Source of the DNA: Sulfolobales archaeon HS-7
GTDB taxonomy: Archaea > Thermoproteota > Thermoprotei_A > Sulfolobales > Sulfolobaceae
Direction of reading: 5' to 3'
DNA length: 64,000 bases
Assembly (NCBI GenBank): GCA_019704295.1
Contig: AP024596.1
Span: 416,001 to 480,000 of the forward strand
Shown: piece by piece, positions 40,552 through 52,154 of the stretch
How positions within the stretch are numbered: the first letter of the stretch is position 1
Layout of the letters: each line of letters opens with the position of its first letter
Position numbers and translations under genes: made by a program
The notes under the pieces: generated by a model
What the model was told of the DNA's origin: nothing
Database searches by the model: none
What the model saw: the letters and a program-made list of their open reading frames with translations, nothing else

Positions 40552-41277
40552 TTACAGTGATAGTCCACCACCGACTTCTATTATTGCTCCATTTACGTAG
40601 GAAGCTTCTTCCGATACTAAAAACGCCACAACATTAGCTACCTCCTGTGGAGAACCAACCCTTCTAAGGGGTATTCTTTCGATTATTTTCTCCTTAACTT
40701 TGTCGGGAACAGCCCTAGTCATGGAGGTATCAATGAATCCTGGAACTAAGGCGTTTACAGTGATATTGTACCTTCCTAGTTCTCTGGCTAGGGTTCTAGT
40801 AAAGCCTACGATACCAGCTTTTGCTGCCGCGTAATTCGCTTGACCCACATTGCCCAACCAACTAGCAGATGACATGTTAATTATTCTACCCCACTGCTTT
40901 TCCACCATTTTACCCACACATGCCTTTGTTAGGTAGTAAGTTCCGTAAAGGTGAACTTTAATAACTTCGTCCCATTGCTCATCCGTCATTTTTAAGAATA
41001 GAGCGTCCCGAGTTATTCCGGCATTATTGATTACTATATCGAAGCCGTCAATGCCTAGTTTTTCCTTAGCTGAATTAACGAATTCCTCCACAGATTTCCT
41101 ATTTGAAACGTCTAGGACTTCCCCTATTACATTATCAAGACCCATCTCATCCCTTATTTTCCTTACCTCAGGATTTACGTCACCCGCAATCACCGTTATC
41201 CCCCTTGATGCCAACTTCTCAACTATGCTTCTCCCTATTCCCCTATATCCCCCAGAAATTACTGCGATTTTATTCAT
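40552..41277 (-). CDS. fabG: FabG-like SDR (3-oxoacyl/acetoacetyl-CoA reductase)
   Basis: GGYRGIG, NNAGITRD, NYAAAKAG, PGFIDT. Confidence 0.85.
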   Translation of the reverse strand: MNKIAVISGGYRGIGRSIVEKLASRGITVIAGDVNPEVRKIRDEMGLDNVIGEVLDVSNRKSVEEFVNSAKEKLGIDGFDIVINNAGITRDALFLKMTDEQWDEVIKVHLYGTYYLTKACVGKMVEKQWGRIINMSSASWLGNVGQANYAAAKAGIVGFTRTLARELGRYNITVNALVPGFIDTSMTRAVPDKVKEKIIERIPLRRVGSPQEVANVVAFLVSEEASYVNGAIIEVGGGLSL

Positions 41278-42186
41278 ATTGTAAAATATAATTCCCAATA
41301 TATAGTGCTAACCCGTCTTCGTCGTGTCTGAACTACTCAAGACTTAAAAAGTAAACTATATCGTCTTTCTATTTTTCCCTTCTAAAGCTAACTTGAACCG
41401 ACGGAGATTCCGTTTAATCATTATGTAATGCCTTGAGGAAAAATTACAGAGTCACTCCATTAATTTTAATTCCCTAAGGCTGAAAAATATTACTTAGAGT
41501 TCTTAACCTGAATCGTCAGGTAAATATTATTAGCACTCTCCTAAGTTTAGGGGTTTTTACAGTGCTAGAGAAAGCAATTGAAAGCTCCTAACCCAACGGG
41601 TCATTCGAATAACTGTTAACCCTAGTTAAGTGAAATCCAGGAGGACATTTACTACAATCACTTCAATTGCAAACTGTCCTGCTTTTACGCTAATATTATC
41701 TTCGAATACACCTTGATAGAGAGCTTATGAGGAAGAAGGTCTTTCCCACTCCTTGTAGGACTTTATGCTCAGCATATCCTACGCCTCAGTGTCTTGCAAA
41801 ACAGAGGTTTACTGCCTTACACCTCGCCTGTCCGTAGCGTGACGTTTATTCCTTTGATGGTTATTGTTAATACAATACCTATAAGTTAACATACTATTTT
41901 CTTCAATTTTTTCACAAAGAATTAAAATATTAATACTGGAATTGGTGATTTTTCAATCACTTTATAGAAATGAATGAGAATCGCTAAACTCAGGGAAGTT
42001 CACTACTACCTCTTTGGACCCTAAGGATCAACGCGTCTTCCTTTATGTCCTTTAGTATTGATCGTGTTCAAGGATTGAAACTGAAGAAGAGAAATTCCGT
42101 ATTAGTGGGGTATAATATTCAATATATGGACGTCATCACATCATATTAACAAGTTTTTCGTCGCCCCATTAAGATAAAGGGTGGAG

Positions 42187-43368
42187 TTACATCCTCTTTC
42201 GCGGTATCAGAGGTATCATGGCCGTAGATATCGCAGAAAGTACCAGCATAATTATAAACGAGAAGAAAAGAGAGTAGTGCATGTCAAGTAACAAGGTGAT
42301 AAGAGCAGTTCCTGCAGAACCCCCTACAGTAACTCCTATCCCCCAAATGTACGAGTTAGCTACCGTAAAGAAACTTTTCGGAAACACCTGAGACACATAT
42401 CCTAAAAGAACAGGAAAGGAGGTAAAAGCAGCAAAGGTTAGAATCGTGTAAATTACTGACGACAAAATCAGGTTATGAGCTAATGCTAGGTAAAGCCCAA
42501 AGGTAACGAGTGAAATTACGCTTGTTAAAGTATAAGAGAAAAATCCTCCTTTCCACTCCGTTACTTTGCCGAAAAACGGTTGACCTACAATGGATCCCAA
42601 AAACCCAACAGTAAGAAATATACCAGCAAGCGTTTTGGAATGATAAACGTCGTATACAAAGTCCCCAAGGAAGTTCGTCGTACCCGTAATGAACATACTC
42701 CTCACAAATACCGCAATTCCTAAAATTATCAAAAATTTGTAAAATTTCCTATCCAATTTTTCATTAACCTTCCTTACCTGCTCCATCCTTTCCTTCCTAT
42801 GAAACCTAAGACCGAATAAAATTACTAGAGATGCTACAATCATGTAGAGAGCAATCCAAGTTAGTCCGAGAAAGTACCCAGTTAAAAGTATCAAAGCGGT
42901 TACGATAGAAGGGGTTACCGATCTACCAATACTTCCAAAAGCGCCGTTTAAACCTAGAGCACCTCCAGAGGACTTTCCGAAAACCCTTGAGAGCACAGCA
43001 CCGCCTATTGGATGATAAAACGCCTGTCCCGCCCCCAGGATTATCGTTGCAATCGCTATTAGAAAATAGGAGAAGCTAGGTAAAGTAAAGGGTAACGCAA
43101 ATATAATTATGGAAATAGCCTCTAACAGAATTCCAGAGAATAACAATTCTGCATCTAGATTGTGCGTATCAGCATAGTTCCCTATTAAGGGAGAGAGCAG
43201 TCCAGACAGCAACGTGTACACTACAGCAAACGTACCCAAGAAGACTATACTTACTTTCAAAACTGTAGAGTAATATACAATTAGCAGCGGATATAACAAG
43301 AATGTCCCATCATTTATGAAATGGGCGAGTGAAGTAATTGTTAGTATCCTTAATTTACTTGACTGCAT
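42187..43368 (-). CDS. MFS transporter (fosmidomycin-resistance-like)
   Basis: AHFIND, AFYHP, about 12 TM. Confidence 0.88.
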   Translation of the reverse strand: MQSSKLRILTITSLAHFINDGTFLLYPLLIVYYSTVLKVSIVFLGTFAVVYTLLSGLLSPLIGNYADTHNLDAELLFSGILLEAISIIIFALPFTLPSFSYFLIAIATIILGAGQAFYHPIGGAVLSRVFGKSSGGALGLNGAFGSIGRSVTPSIVTALILLTGYFLGLTWIALYMIVASLVILFGLRFHRKERMEQVRKVNEKLDRKFYKFLIILGIAVFVRSMFITGTTNFLGDFVYDVYHSKTLAGIFLTVGFLGSIVGQPFFGKVTEWKGGFFSYTLTSVISLVTFGLYLALAHNLILSSVIYTILTFAAFTSFPVLLGYVSQVFPKSFFTVANSYIWGIGVTVGGSAGTALITLLLDMHYSLFFSFIIMLVLSAISTAMIPLIPRKRM

Positions 43369-43810
43369 AAATGAGGAAGTAGGTTAAATTGCCTTTAAGA
43401 TTATCTTCAAAGGAATTAGGTTATCAAATAAACAGAGACTTCGTTCCAATTTTACATGAGATCTTCCAGGTTAAGAACGGATTAACATATTTATAGAAGG
43501 AACTTTTCGGTAAAGATTGTCGATACAAACATCATGTTCATAAGTGTTATTTATTATAACCTTTCTGCAAGAAAGTATCTCCTATAGACGGTCCTCCGCT
43601 TTCTCAACACGTATTAGGATAAATGTTAATTTCTAAACGTTTTAATATGGGTTCTTTCCAGAATTTCACTCGCGTTAATAGCTATTTAGATGGGCTTGCT
43701 GAAATTGAAAGCCCTCAATTACTTTTATTTAGTACTGTAAAGGTCCTAAAACTTAGGAAAGTGTTAATAATAAACCTTAAAGTTATTGAAACCAGCGAAA
43801 ATTGGGCAAA

Positions 43811-44869
43811 TCATATGTTCCATTTTTTCGCCACCACAATAATTGTCAAGCCAATACAAATAGATACAAAGGATGCTCCTATGATCGCGTAATTAGGCCT
43901 CTGCACTGCTGAATCAATAATGTATCCCACAAACCAACCACCCTGTTGAATTGAGGTAACTAAGGCGTAATCATCAATAGAGGTTAACGGGGGAATTACC
44001 TCTATGGAAAGGGGAATTAACACCTCCCACAATCCAAACATAATAGAAAAATCAGGAATTACATAGACAAGGACTATTGATGAAAACAGAAGTAAAACGA
44101 TAGATAATATAGATATGCTTTTTCTAAAATACGACAAAGTAATCAGAACCAGAAACCCGAGAAGCTCCGCAAAAGTAGAAAAGATTCCGATTGTGTAGTA
44201 TGAGAAGCCGTACACCAACTTCAGTAAAAGGTAGATATAAGGGAAGGTGAGGGAAATTGGTATTACGACTAAGAATGGGATCGTCGTAGACCTTACCAGA
44301 ATCCTTTTTCCCTTCTTAACCTCCCTTACCTCTTTCATGAATATTATAGGGAGGGAAGAAAGCGCTATTAGTAAACCCGCTATAAGAAAAATCACTCTCA
44401 CACCAATTAAAGATGCCAAAATTCCGCCGACGGCGGGGAGAGCTATTGATGGAATAATCGATATAGCCCACACTCTTGACAAAACTCCTTCTCCTAAACC
44501 CCTCATAAGGTAATAATAGTTCGGGAGGGAGAGAAAGAAGCAGTAGTATAGTAACATGTATATGAGTGCAATTACGAAGGAGTTAGCAATGTACATTAAT
44601 ATAATACCCGTTCCGCTGAGGATCATTCCTACTACTGTTACTATCTTTGGACCAACAAGCTTGGCTAACATAGATCCTACCAGAGGAAGGGGGATAGTTA
44701 CTGCAGTCAGAAGCAGGAAAAAGTAACCTAGCAAGTCCTCTGGAAAGAATCTAACTAGATAAATGGAAAGAAAGGGGTAATAGAGATAGTATCCGGCCCC
44801 CCATAAAAACCAACTCGCAGATATCTTAACCTCCTCTGCACTCACCCAGTTCACCTTACCTTCGACCAC
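43811..44869 (-). CDS. MFS-like membrane transporter
   Basis: Polytopic, GSMLAKLVGPK motif-A-like. Confidence 0.7.
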   Translation of the reverse strand: MVEGKVNWVSAEEVKISASWFLWGAGYYLYYPFLSIYLVRFFPEDLLGYFFLLLTAVTIPLPLVGSMLAKLVGPKIVTVVGMILSGTGIILMYIANSFVIALIYMLLYYCFFLSLPNYYYLMRGLGEGVLSRVWAISIIPSIALPAVGGILASLIGVRVIFLIAGLLIALSSLPIIFMKEVREVKKGKRILVRSTTIPFLVVIPISLTFPYIYLLLKLVYGFSYYTIGIFSTFAELLGFLVLITLSYFRKSISILSIVLLLFSSIVLVYVIPDFSIMFGLWEVLIPLSIEVIPPLTSIDDYALVTSIQQGGWFVGYIIDSAVQRPNYAIIGASFVSICIGLTIIVVAKKWNI

Positions 44870-45114
44870 TAATTAACATAAAGATAGCCCGTTACTATAC
44901 CTTTTAAACTCTTAAGAAATTTCCTGAAATTTCGATTTAACCCGGTCATAAAGAGTGAATGCGTCAGCCGCTCAGCAAAGATGGTGGAGGGGGTGAAAAG
45001 TCGTTGTCAACATTTTCGAATAAACAGTAAAGTTAAATGCTTCATACATTAAAAATATTTTATAATTCTTATCACTAAATGTAAATAAGCTTTCACGAAA
45101 GGTAACAGGACACA

Positions 45115-45260
45115 AAATATGCGGGTTTCTTCATATCTATGAGTAGGTGTGGGTTGGGGTTATTAACCAAAGGGACGGAAAAGGTTAACCCAGCAAACAC
45201 CGTGACTTTAATGAAGTCTAGGGTTGAAAGTTGAGATGAAATCTTATTAAAGCCGAAACG
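45115..45260 (+). mobile_element. tnpB 3'-end / right-end relic (IS607/IS605-like), structured
   Basis: Nested pairings GGTGT/ACACC, GTTGGG/CCCAGC, TTAACC/GGTTAA, then GTGACT..ATGAAGTCTAGGGTTGA...GCCGAAAC resembling Sulfolobales tnpB tails (recall, not searched). Confidence 0.5.
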
Positions 45261-45814
45261 ACTAATGTTAGTGATAGATGAGCACTTAAATCTTTCTTCA
45301 AATTACTTAAGCAACGTTACGCTTCCTTGTAATCTAGAGTGAGGATCAAGTTTCTCCACCTGGGTAATAGTTCCTTGAGCTAGACGATTCTAAAGGAGAT
45401 AAAGGGAGATATGTTGATCTTTAGAGTCTAGGGAGATATAGCGAAGCCCAGATCGATCAAGCGCTTAATGATACTGAGGAAGGGGAAACTAACAATATCT
45501 CATACTTCTCCTGTCTCTATCGACCTGAAGGTTATCTGTAACCGAAGCCCTATTTCTCAAGTTGGGTATCTCTAAACCATTGGACTACTTACCAATTGAG
45601 GGACGTATTTCAGAATAAGATTGGAAACTATTGACTCCTTCCAAGGTAATTCTCACTATCTCAGGGGGTAGAGCTTCACGCTTAAGGAAATCAACGACAT
45701 CCACCCGACTCAAGTCCGTATTACAGAGACTTATCATCGTGTTTTATAAGGTGAAATCGGATACTCGACCTACATATAAGGAGAATTTTAAACCACGGAC
45801 AGGAAAGGTATTGT

Positions 45815-47092
45815 ATGGGATATTTTGATGATTTACCTTGGACAACCAGAGTAAGGACATTCCTCATTGCCTCCTCAGGAATTTTACTAGATGGATACGA
45901 CCTTTCAACGATCTCGTTTGCTCTTCTCTTAATCAGGGGAGAACTTCATCTAACAACTTTAGAATATAGTTTGTCAACGGCGTCGTCCCTATTCGGTATG
46001 ATAATAGGTTCGATAATAATGGGGTGGCTCTCAGATAAGGCCGGAAGGAAAACCCTTTTAGGCATAGACCTTCTGTTTTTCCTAATATTCGGCACACTCT
46101 CTGCACTATCAACGAATTTTGCGGAACTGTTCACGTTTAGGCTATTACTTGGAGTAGGAATAGGTGCGGATTACCCAATAAGTTCTTCCCTGATGGCAGA
46201 AGTCGCCTCCTCGCAAAGTAGAGGAAAATATCTTATCGGTTCTGTCGCAATGTATTGGATAGGTACGGGGCTTGCAGCAGGATTGACTGCGTCCTTACTT
46301 TACCTCGGACCGTATTTCTGGAGATATGTCTTCCTGATTGGCGGTCTATTAGCTATCCCCATAGTTTTAGCTAGATTAACAATTTCAGAATCTCCAAGGT
46401 GGATGGTAATGGCAGGAAAACTTGCTGGAAATAACGTACCAACTAGAGAGGAGGAAACTGTAGGGTTAACCTCATTTAAAGGTTTATTCTCTTCTAAAGT
46501 TATAAAAATTACAACTTATGTACTTGCAGCGTGGTTTCTATTCGACGTAGCATCGTATGGAATCGGGCTTTACTACCCTCTTCTCCTTAGTGACTTTGGT
46601 TTCAAGACGCTGTACTCTGTGGCCATTGCCAACGTATTCATAGCCGTAGCCGCTATTGGAGGTTATCTGCTTGCTCTTCCCCTGATTGATACGTTAGGCA
46701 GGAAAGGAATGTTATTGGCCGGGTTTGGAGGTATGGCGTTTATCTTATTCTTTGGAGCAATAACAAGAGCAACTGGTTATTCGCTCCTAGCAACCTTTAT
46801 GAGTTTTGCAGCAATAGAACAGTGGGCCGGAGCGATAACATTATTCTATCCCACTGAGGTCTTTCCGACAAGTGTGAGGGCATCAGGACAAGGTCTTGCT
46901 ACTGCAGTAAGCAGAGTAGGAGCAGTAATAGGCGTTTTCGTTTTCCCCTACGTTACAACTATTATGGGATTATCTAGATCGCTAATCATGTTTGGAATAT
47001 TCTCTTTAGTCGGGCTTATATTAACGGCATTTTTAGCAAAGGAAACCAAAAAGAAAGCGTTAGAGGAGATATCCAAAAAAATTATATCTTAA
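45815..47092 (+). CDS. MFS transporter (sugar porter/phosphate:H+ symporter-like)
   Basis: LDGYD, SDKAGRK, RLLLGVGIGADYP, ESPRW, EVFPTSVRA, ETK. Confidence 0.93.
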   Translation: MGYFDDLPWTTRVRTFLIASSGILLDGYDLSTISFALLLIRGELHLTTLEYSLSTASSLFGMIIGSIIMGWLSDKAGRKTLLGIDLLFFLIFGTLSALSTNFAELFTFRLLLGVGIGADYPISSSLMAEVASSQSRGKYLIGSVAMYWIGTGLAAGLTASLLYLGPYFWRYVFLIGGLLAIPIVLARLTISESPRWMVMAGKLAGNNVPTREEETVGLTSFKGLFSSKVIKITTYVLAAWFLFDVASYGIGLYYPLLLSDFGFKTLYSVAIANVFIAVAAIGGYLLALPLIDTLGRKGMLLAGFGGMAFILFFGAITRATGYSLLATFMSFAAIEQWAGAITLFYPTEVFPTSVRASGQGLATAVSRVGAVIGVFVFPYVTTIMGLSRSLIMFGIFSLVGLILTAFLAKETKKKALEEISKKIIS

Positions 47093-47865
47093 TATATACA
47101 TTGAGATGCCAGTGGTCCTGCAGCATAAAGTATGTAACTTTCTATATAGTTAGATTCGTTGACTATTGCACTGAAACTATCGAGATGTGACATCACGTAT
47201 TGCGGAGTGTAACCCTCTAGTAGTTTAGGACTAACTAAGGCTCCCGTAAGTACGTAAGTGCCGTTAGGACCTGTGATTAAAAGTCCGAAGTTCAAATGCG
47301 GGGGCTTAACAACTAAAGCGCTTGCGTTATTGTAATTTATTAAGGGTACCTGCGTTTCATATTTGATCATTAGGGCTGCTATATTCTGGGGAAGTTGAGC
47401 GTAGAGGACCTGTTCACCAACAGGGATTAGCTGATTAACAGGGATCGGTTGACCTGAAGGGGTTGCGTTAAGATATTCATTATATGTGTACACTACTTCA
47501 TATTCGACCACACCGGAGGGTTTAAATCCAGTAAATATTAGACCCGGTACGTTTGAAGCCGCCTTATCGAAAGGATCAGAGTAGTGTTCGTAATATGATA
47601 AGTTTCCGTAATGGAATAACACGTTATATATAACCCAAGAAGCCGCCGCTCCCACCGGGCATCCGATCCATGACTGTTCAACTATCAGGATCTTTCCTTT
47701 GGGAGCGTAATCTACGTTACTTATTTTTACGAACTTTCCGTATGGTATGGCCTGACTCTTACCTATAATGTATTTATAACCCACAAAATAAAATGCTAGC
47801 ACACCCGCTATTATTACAATTATTAGTCCTATGGTCACTAATTTATTCATTATTACTTTTTTCAT
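47089..47865 (-). CDS. DUF929-like membrane-anchored protein
   Basis: N-terminal TM, SWIGCPVGAAASW motif. Confidence 0.7.
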   Translation of the reverse strand: MKKVIMNKLVTIGLIIVIIAGVLAFYFVGYKYIIGKSQAIPYGKFVKISNVDYAPKGKILIVEQSWIGCPVGAAASWVIYNVLFHYGNLSYYEHYSDPFDKAASNVPGLIFTGFKPSGVVEYEVVYTYNEYLNATPSGQPIPVNQLIPVGEQVLYAQLPQNIAALMIKYETQVPLINYNNASALVVKPPHLNFGLLITGPNGTYVLTGALVSPKLLEGYTPQYVMSHLDSFSAIVNESNYIESYILYAAGPLASQCIY

Positions 47866-47990
47866 ACAATAGTTTATAAAAGTAATGTTGAATTATAAGC
47901 TCATTCAACTAGATCTACGCCTTTTAAATATGTAGTCCTATAAGCTTATTATAAGAAAAAATTTTAGGTAAGTAAGGATCACTTCTTTTC

Positions 47991-48461
47991 ATGACAAAGG
48001 TAGGAGATAAGTTACCAAATGTAACGTTAATAAACCAGGACTTAAAGTCAGTAAATCTAGGAGAATTGAAAGGAAAGGTAACAGTTTTGGCGTTCTTCCC
48101 AGCAGCTTTCACTTCCGTATGTACTAAGGAAATGTGCACATTTAGAGATAATCTCTCAAAGTTCAATAACCTAAACGCAACTGTTTTCGGTATTTCAGTT
48201 GACCCGCCATTTAGCAATAAGGCCTTTAAGGAAGCGAATAAGCTTAACTTCGACCTTCTTAGCGACTTCAACAGGGAAGCTGTTAGGGCTTTTGAAATAG
48301 AGACTGAGTTACCCGTATTAAAAGGCTACAAGCTTGCAAAGCGTTCAGTGTTCGTTGCAGATAAGGAAGGAGTAATAAGATACGTATGGGTATCCGAAGA
48401 TGCCGGAAAGGAACCTAACTACTCTGAAATTGAGGAAGTTGTTAAAAAATTAAATAGTTGA
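47991..48461 (+). CDS. peroxiredoxin (Bcp/PrxQ, CxxxxC)
   Basis: FFPAAFTSVCTKEMC, GISVD, LLSD, KRSVF. Confidence 0.93.
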   Translation: MTKVGDKLPNVTLINQDLKSVNLGELKGKVTVLAFFPAAFTSVCTKEMCTFRDNLSKFNNLNATVFGISVDPPFSNKAFKEANKLNFDLLSDFNREAVRAFEIETELPVLKGYKLAKRSVFVADKEGVIRYVWVSEDAGKEPNYSEIEEVVKKLNS

Positions 48462-48465
48462 CTTT

Positions 48466-48711
48466 TTACGCAGTAACATGCAGCTTATCCGTTAACCTAT
48501 CTAAAATTTCCTTATTTTCAGGAAGCCTTTTCTCTTTATATCTAGAGAATACCATTTCCTCATCAAAGTATACGTCAAATATACCGTTAGTCCCTGCCTC
48601 CAATGTAACTTTGACTCCATTTAGGCCATATAACTTTAATATCTCATTTGCGAGGGAAGTAGCCCTATCTGTATATCCACAAGGTTTACAAAACACGATT
48701 CGAACATTCAT
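48466..48711 (-). CDS. Rdx (SelW/SelT/SelH) family protein
   Basis: IVFCKPCGY, GIFDV, FSR....LPE. Confidence 0.88.
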   Translation of the reverse strand: MNVRIVFCKPCGYTDRATSLANEILKLYGLNGVKVTLEAGTNGIFDVYFDEEMVFSRYKEKRLPENKEILDRLTDKLHVTA

Positions 48712-49084
48712 AGAAAACTATACTCAATTATAACTATTAAAATTACCTAGTAGAGATAGTCTACTAAATTTTTACGTAAATGTTAGTCGTTTTTGATTGC
48801 CCTTAACCAGAATAACGTAATTAAGAAAGCTGAGGATATGGTTCTATAGCCGGTTAGCGCAACTAATGGATCTGTATCCGTAATGCTTTACATTGTTAGA
48901 AAATTTTAGAAAAGCCTCCTACCATACGCTAAAATAAGCTAGACTTGTCCTTATTATGCAAAGATATCTTTTCCTGCATCTGTTTACCATGCAGAAGGAA
49001 GAACGAAGAAAGTGTATAACGAGAGTAAGCTAATCATAACGTATATATTTTCATTACAATTTGCAATCTATCATAGCAATCATT

Positions 49085-49107
49085 AGCTTTTTAACTGTTA
49101 ACTAGCT
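49085..49107. promoter_or_regulatory. imperfect palindrome overlapping the TATA box of the MFS-marR operon (candidate MarR operator)
   Basis: AGCTTTTTAACTGTTAACTAGCT, core TTAAC-T-GTTAA. Confidence 0.5.
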
Positions 49108-49116
49108 TATGATCTT

Positions 49117-50793
49117 ATGCAATACAAGTGGATTGCTCTAACTAATACTACTTTAGGAGTTCTGATGGGAGCGATGAATGGTACAATATTGCTTATCTCC
49201 CTGCCAGCCATCTTTAGAGGAATCGGAATAAATCCTTTCAATTCCTTTCAATATCTGCTCTGGGTTCTATTCGGATATAATATAGCCACAGCTACCCTTC
49301 TCGTGACTTTCGGAAGGATATCTGATATGTTTGGACGCGTTAGACTCTACAACCTCGGTTTTCTAATATTCACCATAGGTTCCATCCTCTTATTTCTAAC
49401 TCCAGGTAAGGGAAATGAAGCAGCACTAGAGATAATATTCTTTAGATTAGTCCAGGGTGTAGGCGCTGCATTCCTGATGGCTAATAGCGCTGCGATAATA
49501 ACAGACGCTTTTGGACCGCAAGAAAGGGGAAAAGCATTGGGTTTAAATCAGGTAGCAGCACTTGCAGGTTCGCTGTTAGGATTGATCCTCGGCGGGATAC
49601 TTGCCGTATTGAACTGGAGATACGTTTTCCTAGTTAGCGTTCCCTTCGGAATTGCAGGAACGATATGGTCGTACACTAAACTTAGGGAAATGGGAAAGAT
49701 AACCTCTGGTCAAAAAATAGATTACCTAGGGAACCTTCTTTTCGGCGCTGGGTTGATATTCATCTTGATAGGAGTGACTTATGGATTACTTCCTTACGGA
49801 AATTCATCAATGGGTTGGGGAGATCCCTGGGTTATAACCTCTATCGCTGCAGGATTAGCTATGCTTGTCGTATTCCCATTCGTGGAGAAGAAGGTTAAAT
49901 ATCCGATGTTCCGTTTAGAACTTTTTAAATTGAGACCCTTCGCCATGGGAAGTATAGCAACACTTCTTAGCGCGATAGCTTTTGGTGGAGTGCAGATTAT
50001 CCTTATAATATTACTCCAGGGAATATGGCTACCTCTTCATGGTTACAGTTACTCCTCAACTCCTTTCTGGGCGGGGGTCTATATGATTCCGCTAAGCCTA
50101 GGGTTTGTAACGTTGGGACCAATTAGTGGAAGACTCTCCGATAAGTATGGTTCCAGACTGCTGTCAACACTGGGTATGATAGTAGTTGCGATATCATTTC
50201 TCGCTTTATTAACCCTCCCATATAACTTCAATTATGCCGATTTCGCCGTAATCATATATGTGATGGGATTAGGTAACGGACTATTCATAGCACCGAATAC
50301 GGCATCTATCATGAATTCGGTGCCTCCTGAACACAGGGGTTCAGCCTCGGGTATGAGGAGCACTTTTCAGAACGTTGGTCAGACGACAAGTATAGCAATT
50401 TTCTTTTCCATAGTTATCTACTATCTTGGATTAGGATTAAGTAGCGCGTTTAATACCGCTCTCGCCTCATCGCCTGCATTAGCTCACGCTTTCTCATCTA
50501 TACCCCCTACTGGTGCTCTATTTGCAGCTTTCCTGGGATATGATCCTGTTAAAACCGTGCTAGGGTCATTGCCTCCATCTATAGCTTCATCAATAAACCC
50601 ATCTATACTAAATACGATAACCCAAAGGACGTGGTTTCCCACAACAATAGCTCCACCATTTATGAGAGCACTAGATATAGCCTTCATTATATCAGCAATA
50701 ATTTCAATAGGGGCCGCAATATCATCATATTTAAGAGGTAAGCAATTCATTTACGAGCGTGACGTAATTGGAGAAGTACAGAGAACAGGTTGA
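49117..50793 (+). CDS. 14-TM MFS drug:H+ antiporter (DHA2/EmrB-like)
   Basis: [33 protein letters not shown]. Confidence 0.92.
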   Translation: MQYKWIALTNTTLGVLMGAMNGTILLISLPAIFRGIGINPFNSFQYLLWVLFGYNIATATLLVTFGRISDMFGRVRLYNLGFLIFTIGSILLFLTPGKGNEAALEIIFFRLVQGVGAAFLMANSAAIITDAFGPQERGKALGLNQVAALAGSLLGLILGGILAVLNWRYVFLVSVPFGIAGTIWSYTKLREMGKITSGQKIDYLGNLLFGAGLIFILIGVTYGLLPYGNSSMGWGDPWVITSIAAGLAMLVVFPFVEKKVKYPMFRLELFKLRPFAMGSIATLLSAIAFGGVQIILIILLQGIWLPLHGYSYSSTPFWAGVYMIPLSLGFVTLGPISGRLSDKYGSRLLSTLGMIVVAISFLALLTLPYNFNYADFAVIIYVMGLGNGLFIAPNTASIMNSVPPEHRGSASGMRSTFQNVGQTTSIAIFFSIVIYYLGLGLSSAFNTALASSPALAHAFSSIPPTGALFAAFLGYDPVKTVLGSLPPSIASSINPSILNTITQRTWFPTTIAPPFMRALDIAFIISAIISIGAAISSYLRGKQFIYERDVIGEVQRTG

Positions 50794-51187
50794 ATTATGG
50801 GAGGCTATAGTAAAGTTAGTCAGGGCTGTAAACAGGGATTTTGATAAAGGTCTTCAAAAAATTGGAATATCTTTTATGGAATTTAAGGTTCTAGATATAA
50901 TAAAAAAGGAGGGCTCTTTGCCTATGGTAAAGGTGGTCTCTGAAATGCTGATCACGAAACCAGGACTTACAAGCGTTGTGGATAAATTGGAGAGAAAAGG
51001 ATTAGTTAAACGGGAACGTTCTCTTCAAGATAGAAGAATAATAATGCTTAGATTGACTGAAGAGGGAGAGATAACTTGGAGAACCTCTGTAGAAATTTAT
51101 AAGACAATGGTCTCGGAAATCCTTCAGAAAATTTCTCCTAAAGAAATGAACACATTGCTAGAAATCATAAGGAGATTATCGAGCTAG
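50768..51187 (+). CDS. MarR family transcriptional regulator
   Basis: [14 protein letters not shown]...DRR...LTEEG; overlaps the MFS gene end. Confidence 0.92.
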   Translation: MEKYREQVELWEAIVKLVRAVNRDFDKGLQKIGISFMEFKVLDIIKKEGSLPMVKVVSEMLITKPGLTSVVDKLERKGLVKRERSLQDRRIIMLRLTEEGEITWRTSVEIYKTMVSEILQKISPKEMNTLLEIIRRLSS

Positions 51188-51253
51188 CAAGCTTGGTTCG
51201 GATATGCACTACTCGTGATAGCTTACATTTCGTCCACGGGTTACTCACGCGTT

Positions 51254-51384
51254 CATTGTGAATTCAGTTTATTTAGAAAAATCAGATGAATTTAATTAGA
51301 TGTTATCTTATGGACTAGTAGGGATTCACACTCAACAGTTTCCTTTATTTAATCGAATCTTTGCCATTACTACAATTCGCAATG
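51254..51384 (+). mobile_element. ~130-bp MITE-like element, copy 3
   Basis: TIR CATTGTGAATT / AATTCGCAATG (10/11); interior CTAGTAGGGATTCACACTCAACAGTTTCCTTTATT resembles CTAGGTAACGATTCACGCTTAACAATTTACTTTATT of copy 1. Confidence 0.72.
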
Positions 51385-51437
51385 GAAACCTGAATCACCT
51401 ACACATGGTTTTAAAAATATAAAAAAGCTTTTAGTTA

Positions 51438-52154
51438 CTAAGCTTGAGCCTTATTTTCTTCTTCGATAGCCCAAGGAAACACTCTACCATTTAACAGGTC
51501 CTCTGACACTTCTTCCATGTCCTTAATAGTATCTACAGATCTCCAGTAGGCATCAAATTTAGTCCCCTTAATTTTTCCCTCCTTAGCTAGTTCAGGGAAG
51601 GTTACCTTCTCTAGATCGCCTTTATCTGGAAGGATGTCGAGTATTTGGGAACTCATAAGATAGATACCCGCATTTATCCAGTACTCCTTTAGGTACGGTT
51701 TTTCGTCGAACCTTATTACATCATTATTTTCATTGACGTAAACTATGCCGAATGGACTCTTTAGCGGAACTAAGGCTATGTTAACGGTTTCCCCATTAAG
51801 ACGAATGCGAGTAAGATCTACATTAGAAATTATATCTCCATTAAATAATAGGAAATCCTCACCAGTTAAGATATGACCGGCGTTTTTCACTGCTCCAGCC
51901 GTGCCTAAAGGTTCTTCTTCGATTGAGTAGACTATATTTACTCCAAACCTCTTCCCTCCCCCTAAATACTCTATTAATTTTTCCTTTTTGTATCCAGCTA
52001 AGATTACAATTGATGTTATTCCGAACCTCTTAAGCCACATTATCTGCCATTCGATTATTGCCTTTCCACCTAATTCTACTAAGGGTTTCGGTTTATCGTC
52101 AGTATAAGGACGAAGTCTCTTCCCAAACCCTCCTGCTAATATGACCGCTTTCAC
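51438..52154 (-). CDS. sugar-1-phosphate nucleotidyltransferase
   Basis: ILAGGFGKRLRPYT...PKPL, EPLGTAG, NGD, NAGIY. Confidence 0.92.
   Translation of the reverse strand: MKAVILAGGFGKRLRPYTDDKPKPLVELGGKAIIEWQIMWLKRFGITSIVILAGYKKEKLIEYLGGGKRFGVNIVYSIEEEPLGTAGAVKNAGHILTGEDFLLFNGDIISNVDLTRIRLNGETVNIALVPLKSPFGIVYVNENNDVIRFDEKPYLKEYWINAGIYLMSSQILDILPDKGDLEKVTFPELAKEGKIKGTKFDAYWRSVDTIKDMEEVSEDLLNGRVFPWAIEEENKAQA

Noticed and set aside
41720-41860. GC-richer intergenic patch, possible IS relic
   Set aside because: No TIR, hairpin end or transposase motif that I can substantiate
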